Source: Moniliella sp. 'wahieum'
Taxonomy: Eukaryota
Direction of reading: 5' to 3'
Assembly: GCA_003971905.1 (NCBI GenBank)
Contig: RSEE01000174.1
Span: forward strand, 1-51,490
DNA length: 51,490 nt
The notes under the pieces are model-generated. The model searched no databases. It saw only the letters and a list, made by a program, of their open reading frames with translations, and had not been told where the DNA came from. Position numbers and translations under genes: made by a program. Shown here in pieces: positions 12,053 to 25,168 of this stretch. Each line of letters starts with the position of its first letter. Positions within the stretch are counted from its first letter, which is position 1.

Positions 12053-13988
12053 TGTTGCCACGTCACGCGTCACCGGTCACCCACCCCCTGCCTTGCCTGA
12101 TTAGTAGACCCCAGAGTTGCACGCACGCCAGCAGGCTGTGTGTCCCTGTCCCGCTGCGCGTACTGTCCTCGTCGCCACCACCTCTTTTCCCCCTTCCCAT
12201 CCTCCTCGCTCACCCCAATTTGATTACGACTCGCTGATCGTCAGTGTGGTTTAGAGACCAGGTGTCCCCAGCCCAGAGCCTTCACGTGTCGCCACAGATC
12301 TAACGAGGTGGGCGTTTTCTCGCGTACACTCCCTTCTTCCACGCTCCCCCCCCACTCTCACACACCACTCTATTTTCCTTTTCCCAAGATGGTCAACAAC
12401 GAAGTTCATCTATGGAACACCTGCGACAGGGACTATCTCGAGAAGGTCCTTGCCCAGAACCACATCGCCCCGCGCTCATCCACCCAAAGCAAGGGCGACA
12501 GCGCGGCCCAGCTGGCCGAAACCAAACCTCTCGTGGAATGCACCTTACCACAGCCTGTTCCGCCCCACTTGAAGTTGATCGCGACTTAGCGGCGGCAGTC
12601 GCCCCAGCCCCCGCAGTTGCCCGGCCCCGACCAACGTCGACGAGCAAGGCCTTCTGCGAGTGTATCGCAAATTTCTCCTGACACCAGAGGCGGTTTCGAA
12701 AGACCAGCAGCGCGAATGGCACGAAAATGGCTATGATGATGAAGCCCTGGAGAGGTTCAAGAACGAGCCTCTCCCGACCTGGTCGGGGGGAAGCATGCGA
12801 CCTCGCTCAGGTTATGTACGATTTTGAAAAACGTCTCGAGCGGCGAAAGGTCTCTCACGCGTCAGTCACAAGTTTCGTCATCGCTCTCGCCGTCTTCAAG
12901 GGGCCCAAGGGCAACCTCGCAGAAATGGCCTGCGTAGAGCCCCTGGCCCAGTGTTGGACAAACTTGAAGCGAGCTCTCATCACGTATGTTGGGCCGGATC
13001 AGGCACTCGAGCGCTGCATCATCGACCTCACGCGAGGCAACCATTATGCTTCACTTGCCCGGGGAGAACTGATTGACCACGTTGTAAGAGACGGCGTGTT
13101 ACTAGGCTCTGACTCGTACCCATCATCTTGGACAACTTGTATCAACAGGTGCCTACCTGGCTGCGCGCCGCCTAGTTGGCGTCTGGGAGTCCACGCACGA
13201 TTGGCGCAAGATCATTAATGCTCTGCGGGCGCAGACTTCAGCGGCCGGGCAGCAAGACGAGCCCTGGCGCAACCGCACGCGCACCTCCAGGTCCTCAGCG
13301 CCGAACACGGCAAGCGCTCCACGCTCCACTGGCAATGCACGCCGCAGCCGGGCAGCCAAACGGCGCGGCCGTTAAGAGCGGTTGGTCACCGCTCTCATGG
13401 CCCAGCTGCGCGACGGAGGCCACCTCCGCGATCCTTTGCCGTCCCCTGAATCGTCCTTCCATCCAAAGACACTTGTGACATGCAAGCACCCACAGGAATT
13501 GGGATGCACATGTATGCGGAATGGGTTCATGCCGGTTCGGTGGATGGTACTCCGGAGAAGCATATCCTAATTATGGTGGATGAAGCGACACAGTTCGTTG
13601 TCTGCTGCGCCGGCCCTTCGCAAACGGCCAAAAAAGCAGCGGTGCTCATGCAAGACCGCTGGATCCGTCTATACGCCCCCCCAAAATCGTCACGACCAAA
13701 AACGACCCCAGCATTCGTAGCGCAATCATGTCACGCTTTCTGATGTTGCAAGGGTGCGAGGAGTCACACTCCAGCCGCGACTACACCCCCCAAGGCTACT
13801 CTAGAGTCGCCGCGCATAGGTCAATCTCCGGTTCCGCTCTTGTACTGCCCTCTTCGCCACCACCTCTTCTTCCCCTTACCTCCCGCTTGCCGCATTAACC
13901 GAATTACTTTGATTACACCAGTGGTTAATTGGTCTGTGCTTTAGAGACGATGTGTCTCCTAGGTACGAGCCTTTTACGCGTCGCTGCA
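12053..13988 (+). mobile_element. Small degenerate LTR-like element: diverged direct repeats flanking a Gag-like region and an rve integrase-like core, with no recognisable PR/RT/RH
   Basis: Best repeat match is 12160-12296 vs 13842-13988. Gag-like segment WTNLKRALITYVGP. Integrase-like HILIMVDEATQFVV..SQTAKKAAVLMQDRWIRLYAPPK[fs]IVTTKND..YTPQG at about 13490-13800. Confidence 0.65.
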
Positions 13989-14309
13989 ACTCTCGTAGCA
14001 CACAAGCATAGTGTGGTTCGTCATATGTTCCCTCTCATGTGTCCCGCAGGTTGAGCCGGAGCCAGCCATCGTCGTGTCTCTCAGGGCACCACCACAATGA
14101 GGAATTTCTCCGCGTTCGTCTCACACTAATACGCTGCTTTTTTCGCATCGAGTGCATCAGCTGAGGTAGCGAGATGGATTGAGGATATAGATTGTCACTT
14201 GATGATACACACTCCCTACAGTTTGTAACGACCGCAGCCAAGACCCCACGAGCCGGCATCAGGCGCTCACGGCCGATCGGCATACGGCGGGCAGCGGGCA
14301 TTCCACTGG

Positions 14310-17300
14310 AAAAGAATCTTCTCCACTCATGCGCGGGATGTGCGCATCGTTTTGGCCGGGGCTACCCGCTGTAAGAATTGAGTTTCATGGCATTGTGGTA
14401 GTAGCGAGAGAGAGCCAGAAGGAACCTTATCCATGACGCGGACTTTCAGTAGTGCTTGCTCTTCTTTAGGACTCCATCTGATTCTGCCGACTACAGCGCA
14501 TCGAGTTCGTGACACTGCCGGTCACAGCTTTAGCGGCTATCCGGAGCACCTGGAACCCTTTTCAACTGGTCCGACAACCTACGTACGCCGCTCCTATCTC
14601 GGAGGGTCTAAGCTGCGGTCTTTGCACGCAGACAGCCACCCAAACCAGAGGGTCTCTGCCGCGCCTCTACGCCCGCTCGATTCAACCAGGATCTGAGGGA
14701 GGACCTAACGTACGAGGCTCCGATTGGCCTGTCCAAGGGTTTACACCCCTAAACTACAGGGGTGGGCCCCACCTCGGAACTCCCTCCAGGACAGTTTCCT
14801 TGCACGACAGCAACATCTTCCCGGATTTCGTCTTCATATACGATTGGCTCGGGGGTATTGCTAAGTTCGACCGTCGAACGCCAATGCACGCCGAATTTGG
14901 CCCACAAGGTTCGAGCGGCTACGTCCGAGTTGTGGTATGTCACCCTGGTCCTGCGCGGCTTGCCGTTTTCTAACCCACGTAGCGACCAGGAGTACCTTCG
15001 TCCTTTGAAACCGGAACGAGGAGTGACTTTCTGATCGCACACCTCTGGATTTGGGAGATCTCCCACTGGACTAGTGGCAGGTGCTCAGGCGGCGGACGCG
15101 GGGCGGTATCGTCCACCTCGTCAAGCGGAAGAACGGGACGAGGAAGCAAACGATCAGGGCTCGGGGCAGAGTTCTCAACTGGCTCTGCTTGAATGCGGAT
15201 CTCGGCCGGCGTTTCGGTTACCTCCCCCAAGCCCGGTGCATCGGTAGTCGGGGGCGCGACAGCCGCCGTATCGTCTGCATCTCGTCTGACCCGTCGGGCT
15301 CACGTGGCTCCCCCACACCCCGAACTATCCTTCAGCAACGGCATGACAAGAGTGTCGGCGGGAGTGGAAACGGATGCGGTATGGGAAACGGATGCGGTAT
15401 GGGAAACGGATGCGGTATGGGAAACGGATGCGGTATGGGAAACGGATGTATCCACAGAACTAGAAATACCCATGCAGGCACTACTGCACTTGGTTGTGTC
15501 GAGGCGCGAAGGAGCGATTCAGCTCCGCCCACCACCCATTCGGTGGCGAAGACGGCGACGAGCAGCCGTCCACAGGCTCGCTGGTCAGGTCGATCATGTC
15601 GGTAGCAACAGGAGTATGGGCGACTGTAGGGAAAGTAGTAGGGGAAGCAGCAGGGGAAGTGGAAGCAGCAGGGGAAGCAGAAGCAGAACTAGAAGTGGAA
15701 GTGGAAGTAGAAGTGGATTCGTCGGCCGAAACCCAAATAGGGGAAAGAGGTCCCGCACTCGCTTGCATTGTGACTGGTGGCAGTACGGGGGGGTTGGGGG
15801 ACGCGCGTGGCGTGGGGGGGTGGGAGGTTGTGGGCGGCGCCACAGACGAATTGGGCGCGGGCGGGAACGTCCCTCGTTCCTCCTTTCCCCTTGCACCCCC
15901 ACATCCACTCCCACTTCCTCTTGCGCTTGCGCTTGCGCTTGCGCTTGCGCTTGCGCTTGCGCTTGCTCTTGCACGCACACCCGCCTGCGCTTGATCAGGA
16001 AGCGCCGAGCGCCCAGCGGCACCACGCGATGGGAGGTACTGCCCCCCGCCGAGTGCGAGTCCTGGGCAGCGGCGCGGGCTTGGAGTGTGGCATGCAGTAT
16101 CTTGCACGCCGCGTGGTCGGCCTGGTCAGAAAAGAGGAAACAGACGGTCAGGGCTCGAGGTTGGATTTGCATACAGGCACAACACGGGGGCAGGGAGGAG
16201 GGGTTAAGCGCACGCCGTAGCTCAAGGGAAAACGCACCCATCCGAACCAGGAAACCTCGAGTCGACGCAACAGCTCCCTTGACGCGAGCTGGCGCACTTC
16301 GTCTGTCGATAGGCCCGCGATCAAGCTCTGGCCAGCGTGCGGATACAGCGGGGTACCTCCTTGCTCGTGACCGCTCGGTCAGGGCAAGAGAGCGCGTGCC
16401 AGTGGACGAGGCGTAGACACCACTGGGTGGGTCGACTGGCGCCCCCTGAGGGCAGGTCGGGCGGCCTGTCACCGGTTCCTCCACCATCAACAGCAAAAAG
16501 GGGCAGCCGGGCGTAACGCAAGTGAACGTGTGCTGCAGCGGGTTGGCGGGCGTTGGTGGTTTACCGTGTCCGGTGCCAATGTGTACGACCGGGAGGAAGT
16601 GTCCGAGGGTTGGAGGCACCACAACTTGCCGGGATGGTGGATGAAGAGCGTCGAGGCAACATAGGCCAAGGCCGCTTCGTAACTGTCAAACCGGCGATCC
16701 GTGAGCCACGCAAAGTCTGGCGCCGGTGCCATAGGCTCGGTACCGCGCTCGGGCGCGGCGTGGGGCAGCGGGAGCGGCATCATCGCCGACTGCATGTCGG
16801 CGGCGACAGCACGCCGTTTCGGGCGCTGCGGAGCACATTCGTTGCGCAGGTGTATGGATTCTGGAGACAGAAGCCGCACGGCCCGGGAGAAGAAGGAGGT
16901 CAGTGGGCGCGAATGGGGATGGAGGAGGACACGCACGGTCCAGGTCAAGGGGTGTTGGAGCACGAGTGTGGGCGTCATGTGCAGCAGCGTGTGGTCATCG
17001 AGGCGGGCGAGCGCGGCTAACACCTCCTCGCGCCACCCAGCGCGGCGCGCCGCTGGCCAGTGCGGGCAGGCAGGGGCAGGCGTCGGCGTGCGCAGTGTAG
17101 GTGCGAATGGACCACCCGCGGGCGGGGGTCGTCGGTGGCGGCAGGTGGCGGATGGGCGGCGGGGCGATGTGAGGGAGGACGAGGAGGAGGAAGGGGCAGT
17201 CGTGGATGCGGCAGCTAAAGGCGGTCTGGATGGGGCCGACGTGGGCGGAAGGTTGGTAGAAAGGGCCCAGGCCGGTGCGGGAGTGCGTCGGGTGGCGCTT

Positions 17301-17660
17301 TGGCAGTGGCGTGGGTGCAGATTTGCCGTTGGGGGCGTTGGGGGAGCTCCGACGCATCCTCCGGCGCATCCTCCGGCACAACCGCCCACTCGCCCTTCTC
17401 CGACGAGGCGGAGGTCGCCTCCGGCGCAGAAGACGACGCGGACGCTGCGGCCCACTCGAGGTTCAACTCGGCAAAGCTGGCCAGATGCGGGGGCGACGAG
17501 CGGAGCCACGCAATCTTGTTGGCGGCAAACTGCTGCTGCACCACCCTCCCCACCGCCATCTCCCGCGTCGGGTTACACCGTCCCATCCGAAGTCCACGTC
17601 CACGCCACCTCCATCGCCGTCGCCGTCGCCGTCGCCATCGCCATCGCCATCGCCATCGCC
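14310..17660 (-). CDS. Putative DNA-binding protein with two WRKY/FAR1(MULE)-like zinc fingers, low-complexity linkers and a possible C-terminal Myb/SANT domain; boundaries approximate and may be two genes
   Basis: FSCRIHDCPFLLLV..WSIRTYTAHADAC (about 17230-17065) and FDSYEAALAYV..FTCVTPGCPFLLLM..[fs]WCLRLVHWHALSC (about 16690-16385). RWSPKEEQALLKVR..RTSRA at about 14480-14330. Confidence 0.5.
15365..15448. repeat. 18-bp minisatellite TGGGAAACGGATGCGGTA, about 4.6 copies, inside the putative CDS
   Basis: Directly visible. The unit length is a multiple of 3. Confidence 0.95.
15920..15966. repeat. (CTTGCG)n hexanucleotide repeat, about 7 copies
   Basis: Directly visible; encodes QA or AS repeats on the minus strand. 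Confidence 0.95.
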
Positions 17661-18299
17661 AGGAGACAAGCAACGGCAGCGGACACGAGACAGCAAGCAC
17701 CGCTCGGGAGGCACGCATCACGTGACGTGTCATACGGCGGTCGCGTGTCACATGTCAGAGACTGGGGTCCGTGCGCCGATGGCAAATGTCAAAATACTGC
17801 CAAGCGGCAGCAGAGCAAGCCCCAATTGACTCTCCTGTCCTGCCGCCTTCTGCTCCGACACCGATTCCACCATCTCGTACGCTTCCCGGGGTCCCTGTCG
17901 CAGTGAGGGTCAAATAGCGTGGCATACCCGACCGGGTTCCGATGGCTGGAGGAGAGACTTTGCTTTTCTCCCCCCACGCACGTGTAACCCATCATTGCGC
18001 TCCTGGCCCAAAGATTGATTGGTGAGTCTCCTTCGTCTCTTTGTGGTTCTCTGTGATGGATGTGATGATTCTGGAGCTGACTGCGCTGATTGCCTATCAA
18101 AGGTTCATCCGGCTTAGAGTATGTTCGCGTTGTGGTGTACGGGTTTTGTCACAGTCGGGCTATGGCGGGAGACCATCAGAATTGGACTAGGCCAAGGGGT
18201 TGTAGCAATCGTTCGTGGGGAAGAAGCAAGAACAGAGGACATGGTGCGAAGTAGAAGAACAGAAGAAACAGGGAAGAGCGAGATTGACCGCGAATCAGA

Positions 18300-20070
18300 G
18301 GCAAGCCAACCGGTTCTTGATCGTAACCGAGTTGAGCGCACGATAGTCCACGAACAGGCGCTACGAGCCGTCTATCTTTTTAACAGACAGGACGCCCGCG
18401 CCGAAGGGAGACTTGGATCGGACGGATGAAGCCTGAAGCCAGGTTCTCCTCGAGCCACTGGGACAGGGCCTGGATTTCGCCCGTCGACAAGGGGTAGAGG
18501 CAAATCAAGATGGGGGCGGCGCCGGGGACAAGGTCGATGTCGTGGTCGGCGGCACGATGGGCGGGGAGCGTCTTAGCCCCTGACTTGGAAAAGGCGCTAA
18601 GGAAGGAGTGGTAGCGGGGAGGGACCGTCTGGCAGACGTGCTCCAGGTACTCGGGTGTGTCAAACTCGTCGGGAAACATTGGCTCGGGACCAACAGCGAC
18701 TGCGACGGACGAGACGGCCAGCTCGGGCTCAGGGGAAAATGCGACGTTTACCATGGCCTCGGGTTCCCTAACCACCTCGAGCTCAAACTGCCCAGAGAGA
18801 AGGTCAATAGGCGGTCCAGACCGAGAAGGCAGGGAGGGACCCGGACCAGAGGGCGCCGAGGAGGGGGTGAAGGAAAGAGGCTGGTACCGTGCGACGGGGG
18901 CGGGGCGAAGTGGGTAAGCGAGGGAGGAGGGGACGGGCCGGGAGGGAACCGAGAGGGAAAAGGAATCGAGTTGACAGAGGGGGACGAGATGGAGATAGAT
19001 GGGGACGTGGACTTGGGCCGGGGTCCGGGCTGGTGCTGGTGTGTGGTCTTGGTCTTGGTTTGGTCTTGGGCTGGTCTTGGTGCTTGGGCTGGTCTGGGTA
19101 CTTGACATGGGGCATGGGCTGGGGGCGGGCTGGGGCTGGGCCACCACCCCAGACAAAAATCGCGGCGGGGCCGAGGAGGCGGCGGGGAGACTTGGACGTG
19201 GGGCATCGGCAATGAGGTGGTCACGGGAGCACTAAAAGCACGCACCTTGAGCGAGGCGCTCGGTGCGTCGGGCCGCCGCTTCGGCGGTGGCGGTGGCTGC
19301 GCTGAGGACCATGCGCTCGGCCTCGGGCGTCGAGGGCCGAACCAATGATTGCTACCCGATCCCGGGGAGATTGCGATACCATGAGCGCCCAGCGATTGCG
19401 ATTGGCCGATGTCAACGGCCGCTGTGCGCAGTTGTTCGAAATGATCCGTCGCAAGTGAGCCGACTCGTTCAAACCATAGAGAAAGTTCCAGTAGCGTTCC
19501 TCATCGAGACGCGTTGGGGTTCCAGCGACGCAGCAGAACCATGAACGTAGCGGAATAGTCCATCGCAGATCCCGTCTGCCGAAGACGACGAAAACTCCTC
19601 AACGCCTTTTGCGCCGGGTTGAGGTCGCCCCACTGCTCCAGGAAAGCTGCACGAAACGCAGGACAAGACTGAAGGGCGGGCGTGATGCGCGCCTCCAGAG
19701 GAAGGGGCACCTCCGAACCGAATTGCTCCACCCAAGTGAGAGCCTCCCCTGCAGCAGGCCCTTGAAGCGGCAGATCCACGCCGCCGCGCCCATGTGCGTG
19801 AGGGCGACGCGCGCGTGAATCTCGAAGGAGGTGACCATGTGCTGGGCCTGGACCCGGTCACGAGAGTTGGGATTCGCACCGGACGACGGGCGGAAACGAG
19901 CGGGCTCGAACATCTTTGGCTCTTCGGACGCCTTGTTCGGGATGGCAGTCAGATTACCGTAAAGCCCAGGAGCGGGAGCGGGGGCGGGGGTTATGGTGCG
20001 AAGTGGAAGAAAAGGGAAGGGGAGAGACGCTCGAGACGAAAAAATTGAAAATGGGAGCGAGATCAGTCAA
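18300..20070 (-). mobile_element. Decayed Ty3/gypsy LTR retrotransposon fragment (Gag, zinc knuckle, RT N-terminus)
   Basis: Gag: LLQG[fs]EALTWVEQF..FRAAFLEQWGDLNPAQKALRSFRRLRQTGSAMDYSATF. Broken knuckle GACF..DHLIAD near 19230. RT start PPRYHSFLSAFSK..LPAHRAADHDIDLVPG..LYPLS..WLEENLASGFIRP[fs]SKSPFGAGVLSVKKIDGS*RLFVDYRALNSVTIKNR, which ends abruptly at about 18300. Confidence 0.92.
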
Positions 20071-20600
20071 ACTATGACAGTGTTGTACGACGGATGGGTT
20101 TAGTGGGTTGTCAAGAAGCGCTTGGTGGCTGTGCTCCAGTCCCATCAGTAGAACGCGTACGTGCATCGCGGAGACGCGGCAAAAGAGGGAGAGCGAACGT
20201 TGGAGCCGGGATCCCCGATCCATGTGTCACCGGGATAACCCCGACTGGCGGGGTCAGGGTAGCATTTGGGCTTGAGCTGGTCGCTTCACGCGGTGGGCTG
20301 GTTAGGGGGGGTTGAGGCATGAAGTTGGTGGGATATAACGAGCACAACGGCATCCTTTGTTTGTCCCCTTTCCTCCACCTTTAGCTTCAATGGCCCTTTC
20401 ACTGGCTAGTGACTCCTGACTCATTAACACGGCTTCGTGCCATCTCGACTTTGCTTCCCTCTCTGCCCCTCGTCTCGACTCCCGTCGGTGCTTCTCTCGG
20501 CCATAGACTGTATTGCCGCCAGTCCAACTGCCTGGCCCACCGCAACAGACGACCGACTACACTATCTCCCCTACATCGGCCTGAAAAGGCAATTAGAAGG

Positions 20601-20715
20601 GGAGAGCGGCCGAGAGAGCGGCCCAGAAAGCGGCCGAGAGACAGCGGCCAAAAAAAGCGGCCGAGAGACAGCAGCGGCCAAGAAAGCGGCGCAGGGCGGC
20701 CGGGAGCGGCCGGGA
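20601..20715. repeat. Imperfect ~12-bp repeat with AGCGGCC core, about 7 copies
   Basis: gagagcggccgagagagcggcccagaaagcggccgagagacagcggccaaaaaaagcggcc; can be read as RAAERAAQKAAER. Confidence 0.75.
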
Positions 20716-21549
20716 GGGCCGAGGGAGCGGCGCAACAGGCGGCGCCGCCTTGTGGGGTCGGCGCACGCGCCCAGCCGCTCTGCCGCTGCGCTGCTCTGCG
20801 CCACAGTGCCGAATGGGTTCTACCGACGAGGCACGGGGGCAGCGGGCGCTCACCGCCCGTTGCGCCCTCCCGCGCCGGAGATACCGACGGGACGGGTGAC
20901 GGTGACCATCAACCATTGATCACTGATCAACTATCACCCCTGAGGCCTGAGGCCTGAGGCCAGGCTCGTGAGCAGTGGGAGTACACGCGAGTACGCCCGC
21001 TGCGAGTTGCCAGCTGCCGGGAGCACAACCGGGTGACCGCCCCCAGATGGTGGCGACCCATCGCCCCTCCCCACACGAGGCCGGCGGCAAAGCAGGCTAT
21101 ACAGGTGCCCTGCCCTAGATACTTGAACGCACCAAGTCCGACCGCATGCCTTGTACCGGATGCCGGTAGCCACAGCACCGACTAATCGACAGTCGGTCAG
21201 CAGCAGATCGAAGCCATGTATCAAAACTTCTACAGCTCGCGCCTATCTGCCCTCGCTGCCTCCATCGCGTATCCACGTTGTCCAGCACGCCATCACCCAC
21301 CACCTGAAACCACAGATCAGATCATCACCGGCTGCCGAGATGCCAGCACACCGCATAACCTTTTCGCCCCGTCGCCCACTAGTTTCCACCCGCCGCAACC
21401 GCACCTCCCCACGATCGCGTTCTGGCAGCTATAATAGCTAGCACACACGCCACTCCTCTCTCCCTGCTCCCCCACCATCTCTCCTATCCCTAGGCCGTCA
21501 CCCCCAGCGTCTCGCCGTTCCCGCCTCCCCCCGCCGCTGTCAGCCCTCC

Positions 21550-23745
21550 ATGTTTGCTGCGCCTGAACAGGCGGCCTCTGCCGCCCACCGCACAATACGA
21601 AACCCCACCCTCTCACCGACACCACCACCACCACCACCAACAACAATGCCACCAACGACGACAACGATGCTCACTTTGGCATCCCGCCCCAGTCTTGGAC
21701 GAGCTGGACGGGGTGACCGTGATTTGATCCGTGTCGCCTCTCGTCGCGGGGAGCTAAGCTCGATTCGGTCTCATGACACCATTGCGCCCCTGGGCGGGGA
21801 AGCTGAGAAGGAGCATCAGGGCCTGTCTCCGTCCAAGGCCCAGCTCGACAAGATCCCTAACGCCGACGTGGAGGCCCAGTCCAACGGATCGAACTTGGAC
21901 CTACGCCCCTTTGCGTCGCAAGAGGACAAAGAACAAGTGATCGTTCATTGGGAGTCGTCCGACGACCCTGAAAACCCGCGGAACTGGGGCATGATCTATC
22001 GGTGCGTCGCTGACTCTGATGGCACACCTCCTCCCTTCTCCCCCTGGCCTAGCTTCAATAGCGGAAACTGAGTGCTGACCCCTTCTGGTGGATCAACTAG
22101 CTGTATATCACTGCGCTCGTTGGTATTCTCGTTTTCAACTCAACGTTTGTGTCCACCATCCCGCAGGGTACCATGGACCAAATCATCCAAAAGTTCCATG
22201 TCTCGAGGGAGGTGGGAACACTTGTCATCTCGGGCGTATCGCGTATCGTTGCCGTGCGTCCGGTTGCCGCTTGGCCGGGTACTGTGTGAACCCCGGACAA
22301 TTGACCCGGACAATGACCACTGCCTGTTTCATCGTATGATGCCGCCCAGATCTACGTCGCAGGATATGCTTGGGCCATTGATCTGGGCACCGCTTACAGA
22401 GAGAGTTGGCGATACCCCCCACTGTTATGGCCCTCGTTGGCTTTGTCGCCTTCAATGTGGGTTGCGCTCTCTCGAAAAATATTGGGTCGCTGCTCGTGTT
22501 CGATTCTGACGGGCGTGTTTGGCGCCTGCCCGTTGACCACAGCGGGCGCAATATATTCGACTTGTGGGAACCTGAGGTACGTTGTTCTGCCTTGAGCAGT
22601 GAAGGGATGGAACTGACACTATTTGGTTTTGGTTTTGGTTTTGGTTTGGTTTGGTTTGGGGTGTTGTTTTCGATGGCAGTCACGCGGCTACGCCATGGTT
22701 TCCTTCTCGCTCGCACCTCTGCTGGACCAGCATGGGGCCATTGTTTCCGGAGCGATCCAGGTGACTGGTACGCTGTGGCGCTGGTCGTTTTACGTGTCGA
22801 TCATGTTTAGCGGTGCGATGCTGGTGATTACGGCGTTGACGCTTCGAGAGACGTACGCGCCGGCCCTACTGGCTCGTAAGGCGCAGCGTTCCGCAAGACC
22901 TATTCGGACCAACGCTACATGGCTCCGCTCGAGCTCATCGAGTTTAAACCGAGGGACTTTGCCTACCAACTGCTGCTCAAGCCATGGTCATGATGGCTTT
23001 GGAGCCCATGCTTCTCTCGGTTTCCATCTTCCTCGCCTACGGTATGTCCTCCTCTCCCGTCCCGTCCCGCTGTACACGTTGCGTGTGTTTTGGGTTTGGG
23101 GGGGCCGCCGTAACAAATTTACTGACCCGTGGGACAATTCGCCACTCAACAAAGGCTATGGACTCTTGTACCTTTGTTTGAGTTTTACTCGACGTACCAT
23201 ACCATCTATGGTCTCAATGCGCTCCAAGAAGGATTGACCTTCTTACCCTTTTCACAGGCACACGCTCTGCATTATTTGGTATGCCGCCATCACTTTGCCC
23301 CGATACAATCGCAAGCTCGCAGCGGCTCAGGCAAGGGAGAGAAACAAGTTACCACGGAAGATCGCTTGTCGATTTGTAAAGTATGCGGTCCGGCGTTGGC
23401 CATCAGTTCTTTGGTTTGGTTGGCGAGTTATAAGGGGCGACGCTGTGGGCGCCGCTGTTGAGTGGCTGCTGTGCATTGGGATGGGGTGTGTGCGCTGTTT
23501 CTGTCCTTGACCACGTACGTGGTGGAGGCGTACCAGGCCAATGCGGCCTCGGGCTTGGCTGCCCAAACCGTCTTGCGGTCGGTACGGGCGCTGGCTTGCC
23601 CCTCGTCGCCAGGCCATGCTGTCCAACATGGGTGCCATTGGGCTTCCTCCCTCCTCGCCTTTCTCGCATCCTCATGACACCCATCCGTTTGTACTCGAAC
23701 GCTGGGGGCCCCAGTTACGTGCCAAGTCGCGTTTTGCCTTTGATC
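21550..23745 (+). CDS. MFS transporter, DHA1 multidrug-type, with several introns
   Basis: VHWESSDDPENPRNW, GPLIWAPLTE, FNVGCALSKNIGSLLV, WRWSFYV, LRETYAPALLARKA, MALEPMLLSVSIFLA, YVVEAYQANAASGLAAQTVLRS and WGPQLRAKSRFA. The start could instead be the ATG near 21646. Confidence 0.93.
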
Positions 23746-25168
23746 CATCCATCCCTCCCTCCCTCACTCTCTCCATCTATTCATCTATCTCATCGGTGCT
23801 CGGATCGGGTTCCCTTTGTTTTCTTGCGGGTCTCTGGAGGTCTTGCTAGGCGTCTTCTCTGTAACACGTAACACAACTGTGCTCCACCGTACATTCCATT
23901 CATGTTGATCTTGTGTTCATCCCTTTAGCTTCATTGTGATGATCGATGAGCCCTGGAGTCCTGATGGTCCTCTAGGGTGATGCAATCGCATAGTGGTGGT
24001 GGTGGGTGTGACAAGCAGCAATGCCTACAGAGGAACCTCAAGTACCGAGTCGCATCAATGTAACAGCGGGGCGGAAGAGGGCTGGGTGGGTACGTTCGAA
24101 CTGCGGTGCAATATGCAGGGTCCAAGGCACCTCCCCCACCCTACTCATTGCATCCTGGTGCGTCCTAATTGCCATAACGTGTACCTCCACGAGCGACTGG
24201 TTTCCAACCCGGAGGAACAACCTCCAGCTTTATCTCTCTTTAAGCTTTGTTGTGTATACAAAGAATCCTTAGTCCCGCCTGGGCCGCCGACAGTCCATTG
24301 GCCATGCAGATCAAGTCCGCTGCTTCGAAAGTAGGTGCGTTTCTGGCCACTCTACACACAGATTACCGTAACATCAACTGCGCTGCATCGAGGTCGCCTC
24401 CTTGTACAGGAAACTACAGTCGAGTTAAGTTGCGAATCCAAGTCACTTTCTTGTGCGTGCAGGCTCTTTTCCAGCTGGCGCGAGAGCTGGTGATTGGGCT
24501 TGGCGTTACACGGCAGATACAGATGCCGTATGACACTGTAAAGCCTGTCAAACTCATGATGCATGATGCATGTGATGTCATCATGTCATATATCATATGC
24601 ACATGTCACATGTCAGCCTGACAGCTCAGTCCCGCCACCTCCATCGGCACCGACTACTACCACCAGACGCGCGTGGTGATGGATGATGGGTTGTGTCTCG
24701 TTTAAGGTAAAAAGATGGAACAGTGGTTTGGCTGTTCCCACGACTGCATTGGATCCGCCTTTAAGCTTTTCACCCCAGCGACCTTGGCAACAGTCGGATA
24801 TGCCGTCAGGATAACCTTGTGTTTTCAAATAAGATCAAGAGAGGATCCAAAGGTGATCGATGATCTGAGATGCAGAGAAAGCGAAAGAAAGGTGCGCTAT
24901 TGTAGCGAGGCGTACAGAAACAGGGCTATGGTACAAACACGGCTGGGGTCAAGGCCTACTCACGTCGCCCATCCTGCCGCCCCCCGCCCCCCCGCCACCG
25001 TTAATAAAAAGCACCCGTGCCCGCCGTTCAGATCCTGATCAAACCCACCTCCTCCCTCCCTTCCCCTGTTGCATATACCCACACAGAGAAGCGTGGTCTC
25101 TCTACGCAAGCCTCTTTTAACCGATCCGTTCCATTCCTCCTGCCACCCTGACAGTCAGCACAAACCTG

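Noticed and set aside
15193..17906. Long plus-strand ORFs of 407 and 401 aa
   Set aside because: Low-complexity antisense shadows of the GC-rich minus-strand gene.
17790..20420. LTR pair for the gypsy fragment
   Set aside because: The flanks at 17790-18300 and 20050-20420 show no convincing similarity by eye.
23930..24570. bW/HD2 remnant divergent from the HD1 gene (LPCNAKPNHQLSRQLEK loosely recalls the bW N-terminus)
   Set aside because: No homeodomain in any minus frame at the expected distance; the match is short and from memory.
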